A stretch of DNA of 64,000 bases, taken from assembly GCA_918797485.1 (NCBI GenBank), contig CAKKNE010000004.1, positions 2,976,001-3,040,000 of the forward strand. Direction: 5' to 3'. This stretch comes from Pelagomonas calceolata. Its lineage: Eukaryota. The translations under genes were made by a program, and so were the position numbers. The notes below the pieces were generated by a model. It did no database searches, was not told the DNA's origin, and saw nothing but the letters and a program-made list of their open reading frames with translations. Below, one piece after another: positions 46,101-57,204 of the stretch. Within the stretch, counting starts at the first letter, position 1; every line of letters begins with the position of its first letter.

Positions 46101-49100
46101 CGTGCCGCCGACGCGCGTGGACACGCCGTCGATCTCGAGCTCCAGCCCGAGGTACCCGCCGTTTACCGACGAGTTGTGCACGTGGAGCAGCTCGAAGTAG
46201 CGGGCCTCGCCGGCCGCGAGACTCACCGCGGACGACTTCGCGCGGTGGAGCGCCGACTCGCAGAGGTACGGCACCGTGTTGGTGCAGTAGGCGTCGTCCC
46301 ACACGCCCGAGGCGAAGGCGTACATGGACATGCACTGCTGTCCTGTACCGGCGTTGTCCGGCTGGCCGCTGTTCCAGTTCGTGTAGGCGCCCGGCGCGGC
46401 GGCGGCGGCGTTCGCGAGTCCCGCCGTGAAGAGCTCCCCCGTCGACTGCCAGCGCCACATGCCCGCGAATCCGTGCGCAGAGCCGCCGAGCCAGCACTGC
46501 CCGGTGCTGGCGCCGCTGCACAGGCCATACAAGAAGTCCTGCTCGGCCTCGGAGTTGATTTCGGCGAGCGTCGCGCCCTCGGCTTGGCACGCGGCCTGGG
46601 CGTCGGCCCAGTTCTTCGTCTCCGTGGACGCGAAGTACCAGTGGCCGTCGAAAAACGTCCAGCCGCCCACGACGTCATTATCGGAGGGCGGCGTCTGCGT
46701 CGCGCCACCTAGAATAACTTGGAGGTGCCGCGGGTCGCTCGTTGAAGATAAAGACAGCTCGAGGGCCGCGTCCCAGACGCCCACAAACACATAAGAGGCG
46801 GCCTTCGGCGCGACGAAGAAGCCCTCGAAGGAGCCCGCACCCGGGCGGTACGCGGGCACGGCGCCGATGTCGTGCGTGTTGATCACGTCCACCGCGGTGC
46901 AGTTGCCCGTGCAGTTGCCGCCGGCCGTCGTGTTCGAGGAGTAGCGGTCGCGGACGATGAGGGTGTGGTGCGCCGCGCGCGCCTCGAACGCGCGGATCCG
47001 CATGCCCCGGCAGATGGCGGGGCAGCCCGGGACGGTCGTCCTCACGATCCGGTCGAAGGCGCAGGACTGGCCCAGCGTGCAGGCCGTCGTGTTCTGCCAC
47101 GTTTCCGTCGTGGTCTCGCCCCGCCAGTAGCCGTCGGAATCGTAGCACGCCTCGCAGGAGATGCACTTGGGCTGGAAGTACGTGTAGTCTGGCTTGGCCT
47201 TGAGCGTCGCCCGCCGGACCCAGGTGTCTGCGGTGGCGTCGCCCACGAACTCGTCTCCAGTTGTACTGCGGATGGAGTCCTGGAAGCTCCCGACGGCGTA
47301 CCACCACTCGTCGGAGTTAAAGGAACCGTCCAGCAGCGAGTTGGTGCCGCCGTACTCGAGGCCGCCCCAACTGTTCGATTCGAAATAGGGCGCGTGGATG
47401 GCCTCGTAATCCAGATTCTCATCGTACTGCTCCGCGCGCGTCTTCAGGTCGAACTGCGCGGGGTTCATGCGCTGCCGCCAGTGCATGTAATCGAGGAGCG
47501 TGCCGGGCCACTCGAGCTTCAACTCCAAGCGACCGTCGGAGAGCGTGCGCATGAACTCGAGCTCGTCCAATCTCGAACAGCAGTGGCAGACCGGCTGGTG
47601 CGCGCCCGGCGCGTCGAAGCCGAGGCACGAGTAGCAGGACCGCCGCAGTTCGTCGACCGTAAAAGGCGCGCACATCTTCGCGTCTTGCCTTAACACGTCC
47701 ACGAAACCGTCCTTGTCCGCCAGGTTCCATGTAGGCTCGCAGCCGTGCCAGTCGCTCGACAGGCAGCAAAAGGCCTCCGCGGCCTCCTCGGGGACGACCG
47801 GCGCCTCGATGCGCCCCGTCTTCGGTTTGACGGGGGGCAGGCAGACGCCGTCGTCGTCTTCCTCCGTCAGGCGGCGCCGCATGGAGAGCCCGTCGTTCGA
47901 TAGCGACGACGTCGACACGAGCGACGAGATGGGCGAGAGAGGCTCGAGGGGCTCGGGCTCGATCGTGTCGATGCCCACGAGGATCGGCGCGGCTTCCTTT
48001 GTCTCCGTGACGCCCGTGAGCGGGTTGATCGCTTCGACGGGCTCGACCAAAACCTCGCCCGTCAGCGTGTCGCTGATCGAGGCCTCGACCAGCGGCGAGG
48101 TGATGGGCCCGGCGGCGAGCGTGTCGCCCGCCGGCATCGCCAGGATCGGCGTGTCCGGGTCCAAGTTGGTGATCGAGGTGCTCGGGAGGCCCGCGACGGG
48201 CGTGAGCGGCGTGGTCGTGCCGCCAGGCCCGCTGGGGTCGAGGAGATCCGGGTCCAGGCTGCCGGCGGTGGGCCGCGGCGTCGGCCCAGTCGTCGGCTGC
48301 GGCGTCACGGTGGGCGGCGTCGCGACGATCGTCTCGATGGGCAGGCCCACCTCGGGGATGAGCGGCAGCTTCGGGTTCCGGGGGTTGCTGCAGATCCCGT
48401 GGAAGCTCGAGTAGTTCGTCTGCGACGTGTTGTCCGGCGCGTTGCAGGACCGGCCCGTCGCGTACGCGTCGTGGACGTCCTCGTCCTTGAGCCAGGACCC
48501 GTCCCTGTAGTCGGGCGCCATGAGCGACCACGCGCGCTGGCGCAAGCCTCGCCCGCCGACGTAGACGCAGTCACATGTAGACGTGGAGCCCGGGACGTAG
48601 TTCGCGGCGAGCGGGTCCGCACAGTCGCCGCCGGCCATGGGGCCGACGCGTACTGCTGAAACGCTTATGATGGTGACGCAGCCGTCGGCGCCGACCGTGT
48701 CGATGATCACCGCGCCGCGCCGCCCGTCGCCCGAACCCGCCGCGAAACTAAAGCGGCCCAGCACAATGCTAGACTCCGCCAACGACACGTTGAGCGGCAC
48801 GTAGCCGCGCGCGGCGTCGGCGACCAATACAGAAGCTTGCGACGCGACGTAGGCGTCCCCCGTCGTGCACGCCACGTCGCCGGGCGTCGTGAGCGTCACC
48901 TCGTACGAGCCGTCGAGCGCGACGTCCGACGGCGCGAGGACGAGCCACGACGGCGTGCAGGGCGGCACGCCGCAGGCCGGCGCTTCCATGTAGGTGCTTA
49001 CGGTCGACCAGAGGCCCTCTTCTTGCACCGCACTTGATGCGGTGACGGTCCAGCTATGGTCCTGCGTCGGCGCCGGCGTCACGGGAGGTTCCAGGCTCCC

Positions 49101-50474
49101 GAGCTCGACGTGATGGTCCTGCGGTAATCCTTCGTCGACGGATGATAAGTCCCCGGTCCGACAGACGACCTCCACGAGCGTCGACCGGAGCACCTCGCAG
49201 TCGCGGCCGCCAATGGACACGAAGACCTGGGTCTCGTCGTCGCTGAAGCCGCCGCCACTGATAGTGATCAGAGTGCCGCCCTCGAGCGACCCGACGGTGG
49301 GCATGACTTGTGAAACGTGCGGGTAGTACTGGAACGCGTAGACCTCCCCGAAGGCGTCCCGCGACAGGTCCGTGAAGCGCTCGAACGTGAGGCCGCCGTA
49401 CCGATCCGAGCCGTCACTCATGGAGTCGAGCCCGTCCGTCGCGGACATGTGCGCCGACGCGTTGTAGGAGCCCGACGCGAAGTCTCCGAGGTAGCAATTC
49501 ACCGCGTCTTCCGTGATCGGAGAGTTGTGGCCGAGGACCGCGTCCTCGACCAACACGGGTAGGGAGAAGGAGTCCACTTCTCCGGTTTTGTCGTTCACGG
49601 CGAAGTTCAGGTCGTCCGCCCGACACAAAGCATGTGTGGGCCGTTCCTCCTTGACGAAGCCGCTCTCTACCTGTATATTGCCGCCCTGCGGGGGTCTTCC
49701 GGCACCTATATAAATCGTTCGATACTCGGACACGTATCGGCCCAGTCCCTGGCCCCGCAGGGCAATACCGCTTCCAGCAGCAGCGTGTCTAGGATATATA
49801 TGAGTCAAGCGCGGCACGCCGCTGTTCCACGTCGAGCTCAGGAAGTGGTAGCAGTTCGTCTTGATCAGGTCGTACGTGCTAATCGTGTCGTCGACCTGGA
49901 CCCAGACGTCGAACCACCCCGCCGTCGTGTCCGACGTCCACGCGCGCGTGTCGCAGACGATCCGTTTATCGCCGCCGCAGTCGACGGTGCATGCGCCCTC
50001 GACGACGTCGCAGGCCACCCAGCCGCTGTTGTCGTCGCCGATCATGACCTTGTTCTTCCCACTAAAAAACTCCGTGGCGAAGCCCGTGCCGTCGATGTGC
50101 AAACGCGTGCCGCCGTTCGCGCTGCCCCAATACGGCGTGACGCTGTCGATCTCGCGCGTCTTCTCGGCGTTCTCGACGAACGTGTCCTTGAGGTCGAGCA
50201 TGTCCTGGAGGCGGCGGCCCTCGTCGTCATTCTGGAGGCGGCGGCGGCTGGTGCTGGCCTTCCTCACGTCCGCGACGATCTGCGCCGCGGTCATGCCTTC
50301 CGGGTCGTCCGGGCGCCGTCTTCTCGTAACGGTGACGGACGCCGGCCGCTTCTCCGGCCGCGCCGCCAGCTCGTCCGCCGGCGGCAGGTCTGCCACAGTG
50401 GCATCTTGGGGCAGCCCCGCCCTTGCCACGGTCCAGGCCAGCAGCAGGGCTGGGAGGACGCTGAGACGTGGCAT
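28166..50474 (-). CDS. Giant fibrocystin-L/PKHD1L1-like type I membrane protein, about 7,375 aa, 2 exons (50474-~30323, 30141-28166)
   Basis: Signal peptide, many IPT/TIG repeats (GSLxGGTxxTIxGxGF), PA14-like, C-type lectin (QPD..WDD), PT-rich stalks, two G8 + beta-helix regions, EGF, Calx-beta. TM GFWGFLVV...IGKL lies in exon 2. Confidence 0.85.
30142..30322 (-). other. Spliceosomal intron (GT donor 30322 or GC donor 30328; AG acceptor 30142)
   Basis: ...ccaacgcag|GT ATT AAT GAA is in frame with the 28166-30064 ORF using either phase-1 donor. Confidence 0.7.
40900..41850 (-). repeat. Coding low-complexity P-[TS]-x-x-P-[TS] repeat (mucin-like stalk)
   Basis: Dozens of PTPAPS/PTAVPT/PSAAPT units in the giant ORF. 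Confidence 0.9.
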
Positions 50475-50861
50475 GCTTTTACCGTTTCTTTATGTCTGCG
50501 CCACTTCCATCGCGTTGGCGTCGGATATGGTGCTGATGCGTGGTATTAGCGCCCTGCTTTTGCAGCGGAAATGCCCTGCAATGCGCTAGCCTATAGGGGG
50601 TTCAAAATCCGCCTCGGAGCGATGCTGCTTCAGAGCCTGGAGAGTGCGGCTCGCGCCAGACGTCTCGGTTAGTTCGCGCAAAACCCGACCACCACACACG
50701 CATGCTCATCGAGTCCAGTCGCGAGTCCTGTCCCATCATTGCTGCTGCATAACTCATTGTTTAGCCACGCATTTTGATCGCTGTGAATTGCCGCGCTGCA
50801 CTTTGGCCGGTCACGCCGTGCTCACTGCAGCTCTCCAAAGCCGCTCTCCGGCGCTTAAACT

Positions 50862-52535
50862 ATGGCTGCCGCCGCCGACGCCGCGCCGGAACGAGTAGCG
50901 AGTAGCGAAGCGGACTTCGTCCTGACGCGCGCCGACGACATTCAACCGACGCCGCCCGGCCGCTGGGCGCGTTTGACCATGACGGTCCTCGCGCGCTATC
51001 CCTTACTCCACTCCGTCTTCTGGTTAAGTGTTGTGGGCGTGGCGGCCTCCTCCACGAAAGCGGATGCGTCGGAAGCGTTGAAGATTGCCATCGAGTGCTG
51101 GTTGGTGTATTCTTTCGGGAAATATATACTGACGGGCAGCTGTGCATTACGAGGCCTCGCGAAGCTGCGAAGGAACGACGCCAAGAGTCCTGATGACTTC
51201 TCGTCAGCATCTTCTTCGAACGACTTGCTGAGGTACGAAGATGTGTTGCATGTGATTGCCATACCGAACTACAAGGAGGACGTCGCGACGTTACGACGGA
51301 CTATAGCAACCCTGGCGCAGCAACGGGACGCCTCGACACAGTTAGTCGTGGTCCTCGCGATGGAGGCCCGCGATCCTCTTGCTCGGGCCACGGCGCAAAC
51401 TTTAAGGAAGGAGTTCTCCCATCAATTCCGAGGCATGCACTGCACGCTGCACACGCTGAGAAGTGGCGAGGTCGCGGGCAAGAGTAGTAATGAGAACTGG
51501 GCCGTGAGATGTGCTAAAAGAAGATACTGCGACGAGCTCGGTGTTAGATCCGACAGAATTGTGGTCACGACTTGCGACGCCGACACGTATTTTCACGCGT
51601 CGCACTTCGCGGCTCTGTCGGCGGCCTACTGCTCGGCTTCTTCCAAACAGCGACGTCGAACCTTCTGGCAGGCCTGCACGCAGTTCTACCCGAACTGCGA
51701 CAAAGTGCCTACGTTATGTTCGGTACGATATGCCTTACTCAGTGTAGGCTTCCTAGGACAGATGTCCAATCCGCTCCATTATCGGTTACCCTTCGCGGTC
51801 TACTCCTTAGCTTTAGATTTAGCGGTAGAAGCGCACTACTGGGACCCTTCAGTAATACCTGAGGACTGGCACATGTTCCTGCGGTGTTTTTATGCGACGA
51901 GAGGTGGCGTGAAGGTCGATCCCATCTTCCTGCCGGTCGGGTGTGAGTGCGTGGTGGACACCTCAGCTACAAAGACGATAGGGGCTTGCTACGATCAAGC
52001 CAAAAGGTGGCAGTGGGGCGCCATCGACGTGGGGTACATCGCCGCGCGGACGCGCGACGCGCCGGTCCAACGGCAGCTAGCTGTAGCATTGGCGGCGCAG
52101 GAGCACCATTTACTCTACCCGTTGATGTGGATCGTGTTAGCGGCCGCGCCTTGGCTCGTCGAGGGTTGGGCGACGGGCTGGCGGTTCCGGCTCTGGGTCG
52201 GCTTCTTTGTTGCGAACTTCGTCCTGCTGAATGTCTTGGATCATTGCTATCGGGATATTTTGAGCAGGGACCGGGGCTGCGGCGGCCCCGACGCGTCTTC
52301 ATTGAAAGAAATACGAGTGTCTCGCGTGCTCTCCTTCGCGGCGTTCCCCGTCGCGGACCTACTACTCTTCGTGCTGCCGTCGTTGCACGCGCATGCGCGC
52401 ATGGCGCTGTCGACGCGCTTCGACTACGTCGTCGCTCCGAAGGTCGCGTGCTGCCTCCAGCGGGGGCCGTCGTCGCAGGGACTGCTGGTGCAACTGCCGG
52501 AGGCGCCCCTCGCGAAGTACGAAGCTATCGCGTAA
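50862..52535 (+). CDS. Membrane-bound GT2-family glycosyltransferase
   Basis: IPNYKE, GKSSN, TTCDAD (DxD), IPEDWH, QAKRWQWG (QxxRW), flanking TM helices. Confidence 0.85.
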   Translation: MAAAADAAPERVASSEADFVLTRADDIQPTPPGRWARLTMTVLARYPLLHSVFWLSVVGVAASSTKADASEALKIAIECWLVYSFGKYILTGSCALRGLAKLRRNDAKSPDDFSSASSSNDLLRYEDVLHVIAIPNYKEDVATLRRTIATLAQQRDASTQLVVVLAMEARDPLARATAQTLRKEFSHQFRGMHCTLHTLRSGEVAGKSSNENWAVRCAKRRYCDELGVRSDRIVVTTCDADTYFHASHFAALSAAYCSASSKQRRRTFWQACTQFYPNCDKVPTLCSVRYALLSVGFLGQMSNPLHYRLPFAVYSLALDLAVEAHYWDPSVIPEDWHMFLRCFYATRGGVKVDPIFLPVGCECVVDTSATKTIGACYDQAKRWQWGAIDVGYIAARTRDAPVQRQLAVALAAQEHHLLYPLMWIVLAAAPWLVEGWATGWRFRLWVGFFVANFVLLNVLDHCYRDILSRDRGCGGPDASSLKEIRVSRVLSFAAFPVADLLLFVLPSLHAHARMALSTRFDYVVAPKVACCLQRGPSSQGLLVQLPEAPLAKYEAIA

Positions 52536-52546
52536 AATGTGTTACT

Positions 52547-53338
52547 CTAGGCCGTCGCCTGCTTGACGAGCTGCTGGAACTCCGCCGTCTGCTCGCGGAC
52601 CCTGCGATCCAAGAACTGGGCTCTAGCGGTCAACTGCGCCGTCCGCTCTTCCCCCCGCTTCATCTGGCCATCTAGTAACTCCCCGACACCCTTCTTGTCG
52701 CTCAACAAAAACATCTTGCCGACGCTTCGATACACCTCCGTATTTCCCTCGAGCGCGTCGATCTCGTTCTTCGTGATCTGCGTACGAGCCGTTTCTCTCC
52801 TCAAAGCACCGAGCCGCGCCTGCGTCTCCCTTAGTTCCCGCTCGTGCTGCTGCACTCTTTCTGCTAACTGCTGCGCTTCGCGTTTCGTGGCCTCGTCCAC
52901 ACCAGAGGCGCCCCTCGCTTCATCGGCAGCACCGGTAGCCGCCTGGACCGCTGCTTTACGTTTGGCCTTATCTCTCCTACCTTTGATGACCCTTACGAGT
53001 TTTTTAAGTTCAGGGTTTTCCGCGTCGCGCGCGAGACCTTTCCTCACGGTATCCTCGGCCGCGTCCACGTCGTTCTGGCCGAGCTGGGCGTTCGCTAATC
53101 TATACACACCCTTCATGAAGTCCGGCGCGAGCTCGAGACATTTCCTTGCATCCGCTTCGGCCGCGACAAAATCTCCCGCTGAATGTTTGGCCAGTGATCT
53201 ATTCGAATACAACAAATGATTCTTCGGCGCCAACAATATGGCCTTGTCGTAGTTGCTGACGGCCCCGCTGAAGTCGCCCTTCTTAAACGCGTCGTTGCCC
53301 GCGGCCTTGAGCGCGTCGACCTCGGCGTCGTCCGCCAT
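52547..53338 (-). CDS. TPR-domain / prefoldin beta-subunit (PFDN1-like) fusion protein
   Basis: LKAAGNDAFKKGDF..LYSNRS..KGVYRLA (carboxylate-clamp TPR); C-terminal coiled coils around VYRSVGKMFL. Confidence 0.8.
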   Translation of the reverse strand: MADDAEVDALKAAGNDAFKKGDFSGAVSNYDKAILLAPKNHLLYSNRSLAKHSAGDFVAAEADARKCLELAPDFMKGVYRLANAQLGQNDVDAAEDTVRKGLARDAENPELKKLVRVIKGRRDKAKRKAAVQAATGAADEARGASGVDEATKREAQQLAERVQQHERELRETQARLGALRRETARTQITKNEIDALEGNTEVYRSVGKMFLLSDKKGVGELLDGQMKRGEERTAQLTARAQFLDRRVREQTAEFQQLVKQATA

Positions 53339-53480
53339 GGCTGTAAGCGCTCACTGGGGCTTCTGGAAGCTGTGGTGTTTAGCTGAGGCTTGCTATGGCT
53401 TCGCGGCGAGACAACCTGGTCCACGAATGATGCCACCTGAGTCAAATTGGCTGCCGCGCGGAGGAAGCCGGCAAAAGCGA

Positions 53481-53502
53481 GCTAGCGTACCGACACACTA
53501 GC
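53481..53502 (+). promoter_or_regulatory. CTAG box copy (short variant)
   Basis: GCTAGCGTACCGACACACTAGC. Confidence 0.55.
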
Positions 53503-53780
53503 CCATAAATCCGGAACCTTCCCAGCCTCTTGCGACCGATGCGACGCGTCGCACCCGGACCGCTGGCGCGCGCGCGCCGCGCCAGCTGCCGTGAGAAAGG
53601 AATTCATTTTTTTGAGTGTTTGTTGCCGGTGCCTAAAGCCAGAGAACGGCAGCAAAAAATCACAAGGGCAGCACTTCAGGAGCATAGGACGACGATGGGA
53701 CAGCCGCGCGGCCATCGGAGCTAGACGCTCGCTGCGCCAGTGCTTTCATTCCACAGACACATAACCATACAAAAGTAGCA

Positions 53781-55118
53781 ATGGCCACATTCGGCAGCGA
53801 CCCCGGCACGCCGCGGCCGCCGCCGCCGGCCGGGAGGAGGCGCAACACCATGGGCCCCTGGGTCCGCGAGGCCGACGATGAGGAAGAGGACCCGGAGGGC
53901 GGAGGGCGTTTGAGAAGAGTCGCGGGCAAGCGGGGCGTCCTCGTGCGACAGCAGCGGTCCCTCGAGAGCACGTTAGTTGGCGAGTTGGCTCGCGGGGCTA
54001 TTGTCGAACTTGCTACTGACGCCGTCGAGGGCGCCGCGCGCGTGAGGATATCTGCACCGCTCGAGGGCTGGGTCACGGCCCGCTTGCTCGAGCCTCTCTC
54101 ATCACCGGAGGAGCCTATAATAGCGCCGCTATCCCCGCCGACGGAGGTCGACGGCCCAGAGCTTGACGATGGGCGCGTCACTGATACATATATAAAACAA
54201 TCACTGGAGCACCTCAAGCAGCAGAAACTGCTGAAGCGGGACGTCGTCGTGTCCATTTTAACCCAAGCCAAGGACTTGCTCGAGAAGGAGGCGACCGTTG
54301 TCGACTTAGAAACACCGACCGACGCGCCGCACGTGACCGTGTGTGGGGACGTCCACGGTCAGTTCTACGACCTATTGACGATCTTCGAGGCGAACGGATT
54401 ACCGAGCCAAACGAACCCGTACATTTTCAACGGCGACTTCGTCGATCGGGGGTCTTTTTCCTTCGAGGTGGCGATCACGTTGTTGGCGTGCAAGGTCCAG
54501 CATCCGAACTGCGTCCACTTGAACCGGGGCAACCACGAAACGCGAACGATGGCGCGGTTCTACGGCTTCGACGGCGAGGTCCGGCATAAGTACGATGACG
54601 ACGTCCTCGAAATGTTCCACGCGTGCTTCGTGCGGCTGCCGTTGTGTTGCGTGTTACATAAGCGGTGTCTGGTCGTCCACGGCGGCCTGCCGTCGGAGGA
54701 CCAATCTACTCTCAAAGACATCCGCAAAATTGAGCGGCGGTGCGAGCCGCCCGAGCTCGGTCTGTTCTGCGACGTGCTTTGGTCTGATCCGCAGCCGTTC
54801 CCCGGGCGGCAGCCGTCTCGGAGGGGCGTCGGGTTGTCCTTCGGTCCTGATGTGACGAAGCGGTTCCTGGAGCGGTCCGATTTGGCGTTGGTAGTTCGTT
54901 CCCATGAAGTGCGGGATCGGGGCTACGAGGTCGAACACGGTGGACTGTTAATAACAGTCTTCAGCGCGCCGAACTACTGCGACGCTGTTGGGAATCAAGG
55001 GGCGTTTGTACACCTCTCCCAAGATCTGGTACCCCGCTTCGCGACGTTCAACGCGGCGCCGCACCCGCCCATCCGGCCGATGGCCTACTCGACCTTCGCG
55101 GCGCTGGGCTTCGCCTAG
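53781..55118 (+). CDS. PPP-family Ser/Thr phosphatase, PP5-like catalytic domain
   Basis: GDVHGQFYDL, FNGDFVDRG, RGNHE, HGG, RSHE, SAPNYCD and a PP5-type tail F.AAPHPPIRPMAY. Confidence 0.9.
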   Translation: MATFGSDPGTPRPPPPAGRRRNTMGPWVREADDEEEDPEGGGRLRRVAGKRGVLVRQQRSLESTLVGELARGAIVELATDAVEGAARVRISAPLEGWVTARLLEPLSSPEEPIIAPLSPPTEVDGPELDDGRVTDTYIKQSLEHLKQQKLLKRDVVVSILTQAKDLLEKEATVVDLETPTDAPHVTVCGDVHGQFYDLLTIFEANGLPSQTNPYIFNGDFVDRGSFSFEVAITLLACKVQHPNCVHLNRGNHETRTMARFYGFDGEVRHKYDDDVLEMFHACFVRLPLCCVLHKRCLVVHGGLPSEDQSTLKDIRKIERRCEPPELGLFCDVLWSDPQPFPGRQPSRRGVGLSFGPDVTKRFLERSDLALVVRSHEVRDRGYEVEHGGLLITVFSAPNYCDAVGNQGAFVHLSQDLVPRFATFNAAPHPPIRPMAYSTFAALGFA

Positions 55119-55231
55119 TCTGCCCGTCAATTCGTTTCCTCGACGAGCCCGTCGCGCGAAACGCGCGGCTCGTTATTTGCGAGCGGTCTTCTAAGTATAC
55201 TGTTGTATCGAACCGACAATTACACACAATA

Positions 55232-56005
55232 CTATCGAAAAAAAGTCGACACGTAGCCCGTGCACGCGTAGCTCACGCCGAACTCGCAGCTCTTGACGCC
55301 GAGGCCCGCGAAGACGACTCGGAAGCCCCGGTCGCGGAGCAGCCTAAAAGCGAGCAGCGTCGCGCCGACGCGCGGCACGGGCGACGTCGTCGGCGCGGCC
55401 ATGTTACGTTTCAGGGCCACATCCAGAGGAAAGTCGAGCGTGATGGCCGCCACGGCGCCGAGCGCGTACGTCGCCTCGGGCGGCAAATTACCATAGCGCC
55501 GCGCGACGTGCTCCGTGCCGAAGAACGTCGCGTCGAAGACGGCGTTCCGCAGGCCCGCGCCGTGGCAGACGGCCAATCTGCGCTTCGCAGAGACGCTACC
55601 GACGGTGGCGCCGAGGCTCCGCTGGACCTTCGCCCATTCGAAGGACGCGGCGAGGAAGCCCGTCACGTAGCCGCTCGACAGCGAGCCGACGACGAGCGCC
55701 CGCTCGCGCGGCATACCAAAGCCCGTCTCGCAGCACTGCGTGCCGATTTCCGACGCGAGGAACATGGGCCCGCGCGTCGCCGCCTTCTGCAGCACGCCGG
55801 GGCCCAATCCTCTATAGTAGCGCGGCCAGTCGCTCGCGCGCGTGCCGAGGCCTCGAACAGCAGCGCGCGCCGAGCCGGCGCCCGTCTGTATCCTTATTTT
55901 GACCAAATCGATCGGGTGCGCGGCCAGCGTGCCAGGGATGGCTCCTAGCGCACCGATGGCGCCCCTTCTCAGGCATTCGGCTACGTCGATCTCCTGCCTT
56001 GCCAT
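55232..56005 (-). CDS. Mitochondrial carrier family protein
   Basis: PIDLVKIRIQ, FEWAKVQR and PLDVALKR signature repeats; YYRGLGP. Confidence 0.8.
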   Translation of the reverse strand: MARQEIDVAECLRRGAIGALGAIPGTLAAHPIDLVKIRIQTGAGSARAAVRGLGTRASDWPRYYRGLGPGVLQKAATRGPMFLASEIGTQCCETGFGMPRERALVVGSLSSGYVTGFLAASFEWAKVQRSLGATVGSVSAKRRLAVCHGAGLRNAVFDATFFGTEHVARRYGNLPPEATYALGAVAAITLDFPLDVALKRNMAAPTTSPVPRVGATLLAFRLLRDRGFRVVFAGLGVKSCEFGVSYACTGYVSTFFR

Positions 56006-56115
56006 CACTGGCGTGCACGCGTACTGTTAGGCATGGTACGCATTGCTTTTGCAGCCCTGTTGGTTCCTCGTTCGTTTAAGCCCCCAAAACTGGCCAGGCA
56101 CTCGAGTAAATCCGT

Positions 56116-56139
56116 GCTAGCGGCGTGTAAGACACTAGC
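56116..56139 (+). promoter_or_regulatory. CTAG box copy
   Basis: GCTAGCGGCGTGTAAGACACTAGC. Confidence 0.7.
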
Positions 56140-56391
56140 AATCAGCTTAGCCTCCGCTGTGCGCGCGCGCCCCCCTAGCCACCCCGCGCACCCCGGGCTG
56201 CCCGCGACGTGCAGCGCCGCCCCTGTTAGCCCGGAAATGAGAGTTGCCCGCGTGAAAAATGGCCCAGAACCCGCTGAGCACGGCCTTCAGCTTGGGGGCT
56301 GCCTTAGCTGCCGCGTCGCGCCGCCGCCTGGCCTTCGCCCGACTTTTACCTTTCGCCCCTCTACCCCGTGGTGACGGCGCGGCGTTTCGGC

Positions 56392-56536
56392 GGGGGCTCC
56401 ATCGTGAACGCGCACAGCCGGGGGGCTCCATCGTGAACGCGCACGGCCGGGTCAGCCGATCTTTCTTTCCGGGCGTCGCCGGCATGGCGCGTCAACTTTC
56501 TTTCTGGGCGTCGCCGGCATGGCGCGCCTACTTTCT
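56392..56536. repeat. Two short tandem duplications (29-bp and 35-bp periods)
   Basis: GGGGGCTCCATCGTGAACGCGCAC occurs twice; CTTTCTTTC[CT]GGGCGTCGCCGGCATGGCGCG occurs twice plus a partial third. Confidence 0.85.
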
Positions 56537-57204
56537 TTATCATTGGCGGGTCGAGCCCGGAACACGGACGGCACCCATCCTCGGGCATCGAGTGGTGCGC
56601 GTTCGGAGGTATCCGGCCCGTTTCCTGAAGTTCTGCCGCCGGCATGGCGGCGAGCCTCATCTGCCTGCGACCGGACCGACCCTACGGAGCGGAGCCGGTC
56701 TCGACCTGGGAGGCGTTGGGGGCGGCGGCATGCCGCCCCCCGTAACCTTGGCCGCGCCAGCCGAGCTTTCGTAGGCCCTCCGAATCGCCGTGGCATCCAT
56801 TGAACCCATTAGTTCCGTTCCGACGAGTTATTGTCAAGGGCCGTCTGGGCGGGTCGGAGCTCTCGCTCCCCGCTTCAGGATTGCTCGGCCTGGTGTGCGA
56901 GGGCATCTCTCTCACCACTTGATTTCCGGCTCGTCGTAAAAGAGGAGCCAGCGGCCAGTTCCACATCCTGACGGGGGTCGTCCCAAAAGAAGGGGGGGCG
57001 TGCGAGTCCCTGTGACTCAGCCCTTGCGTCCTAGTCCAGCCGGACGGGTGGGCCCAGGGGGAGCGGGAGGGGTACGGGGAACCCTGCGACGTAACTAGCC
57101 TCAGCCTCAGCCTCAGCTCATCGCGTCCATCTGAAGAGAGGATAGCTATAGAATATCAATTAAGGCATACAGAGAGTCGAATGGATGGTTCGGAGGAAGT
57201 GCCG

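Noticed and set aside
57097..57116. (CCTCAG)n / (CCTGAG)n as interstitial telomeric repeats or a telomerase RNA template
   Set aside because: Only three units, not TTAGGG-type, and the unit differs between the two loci.
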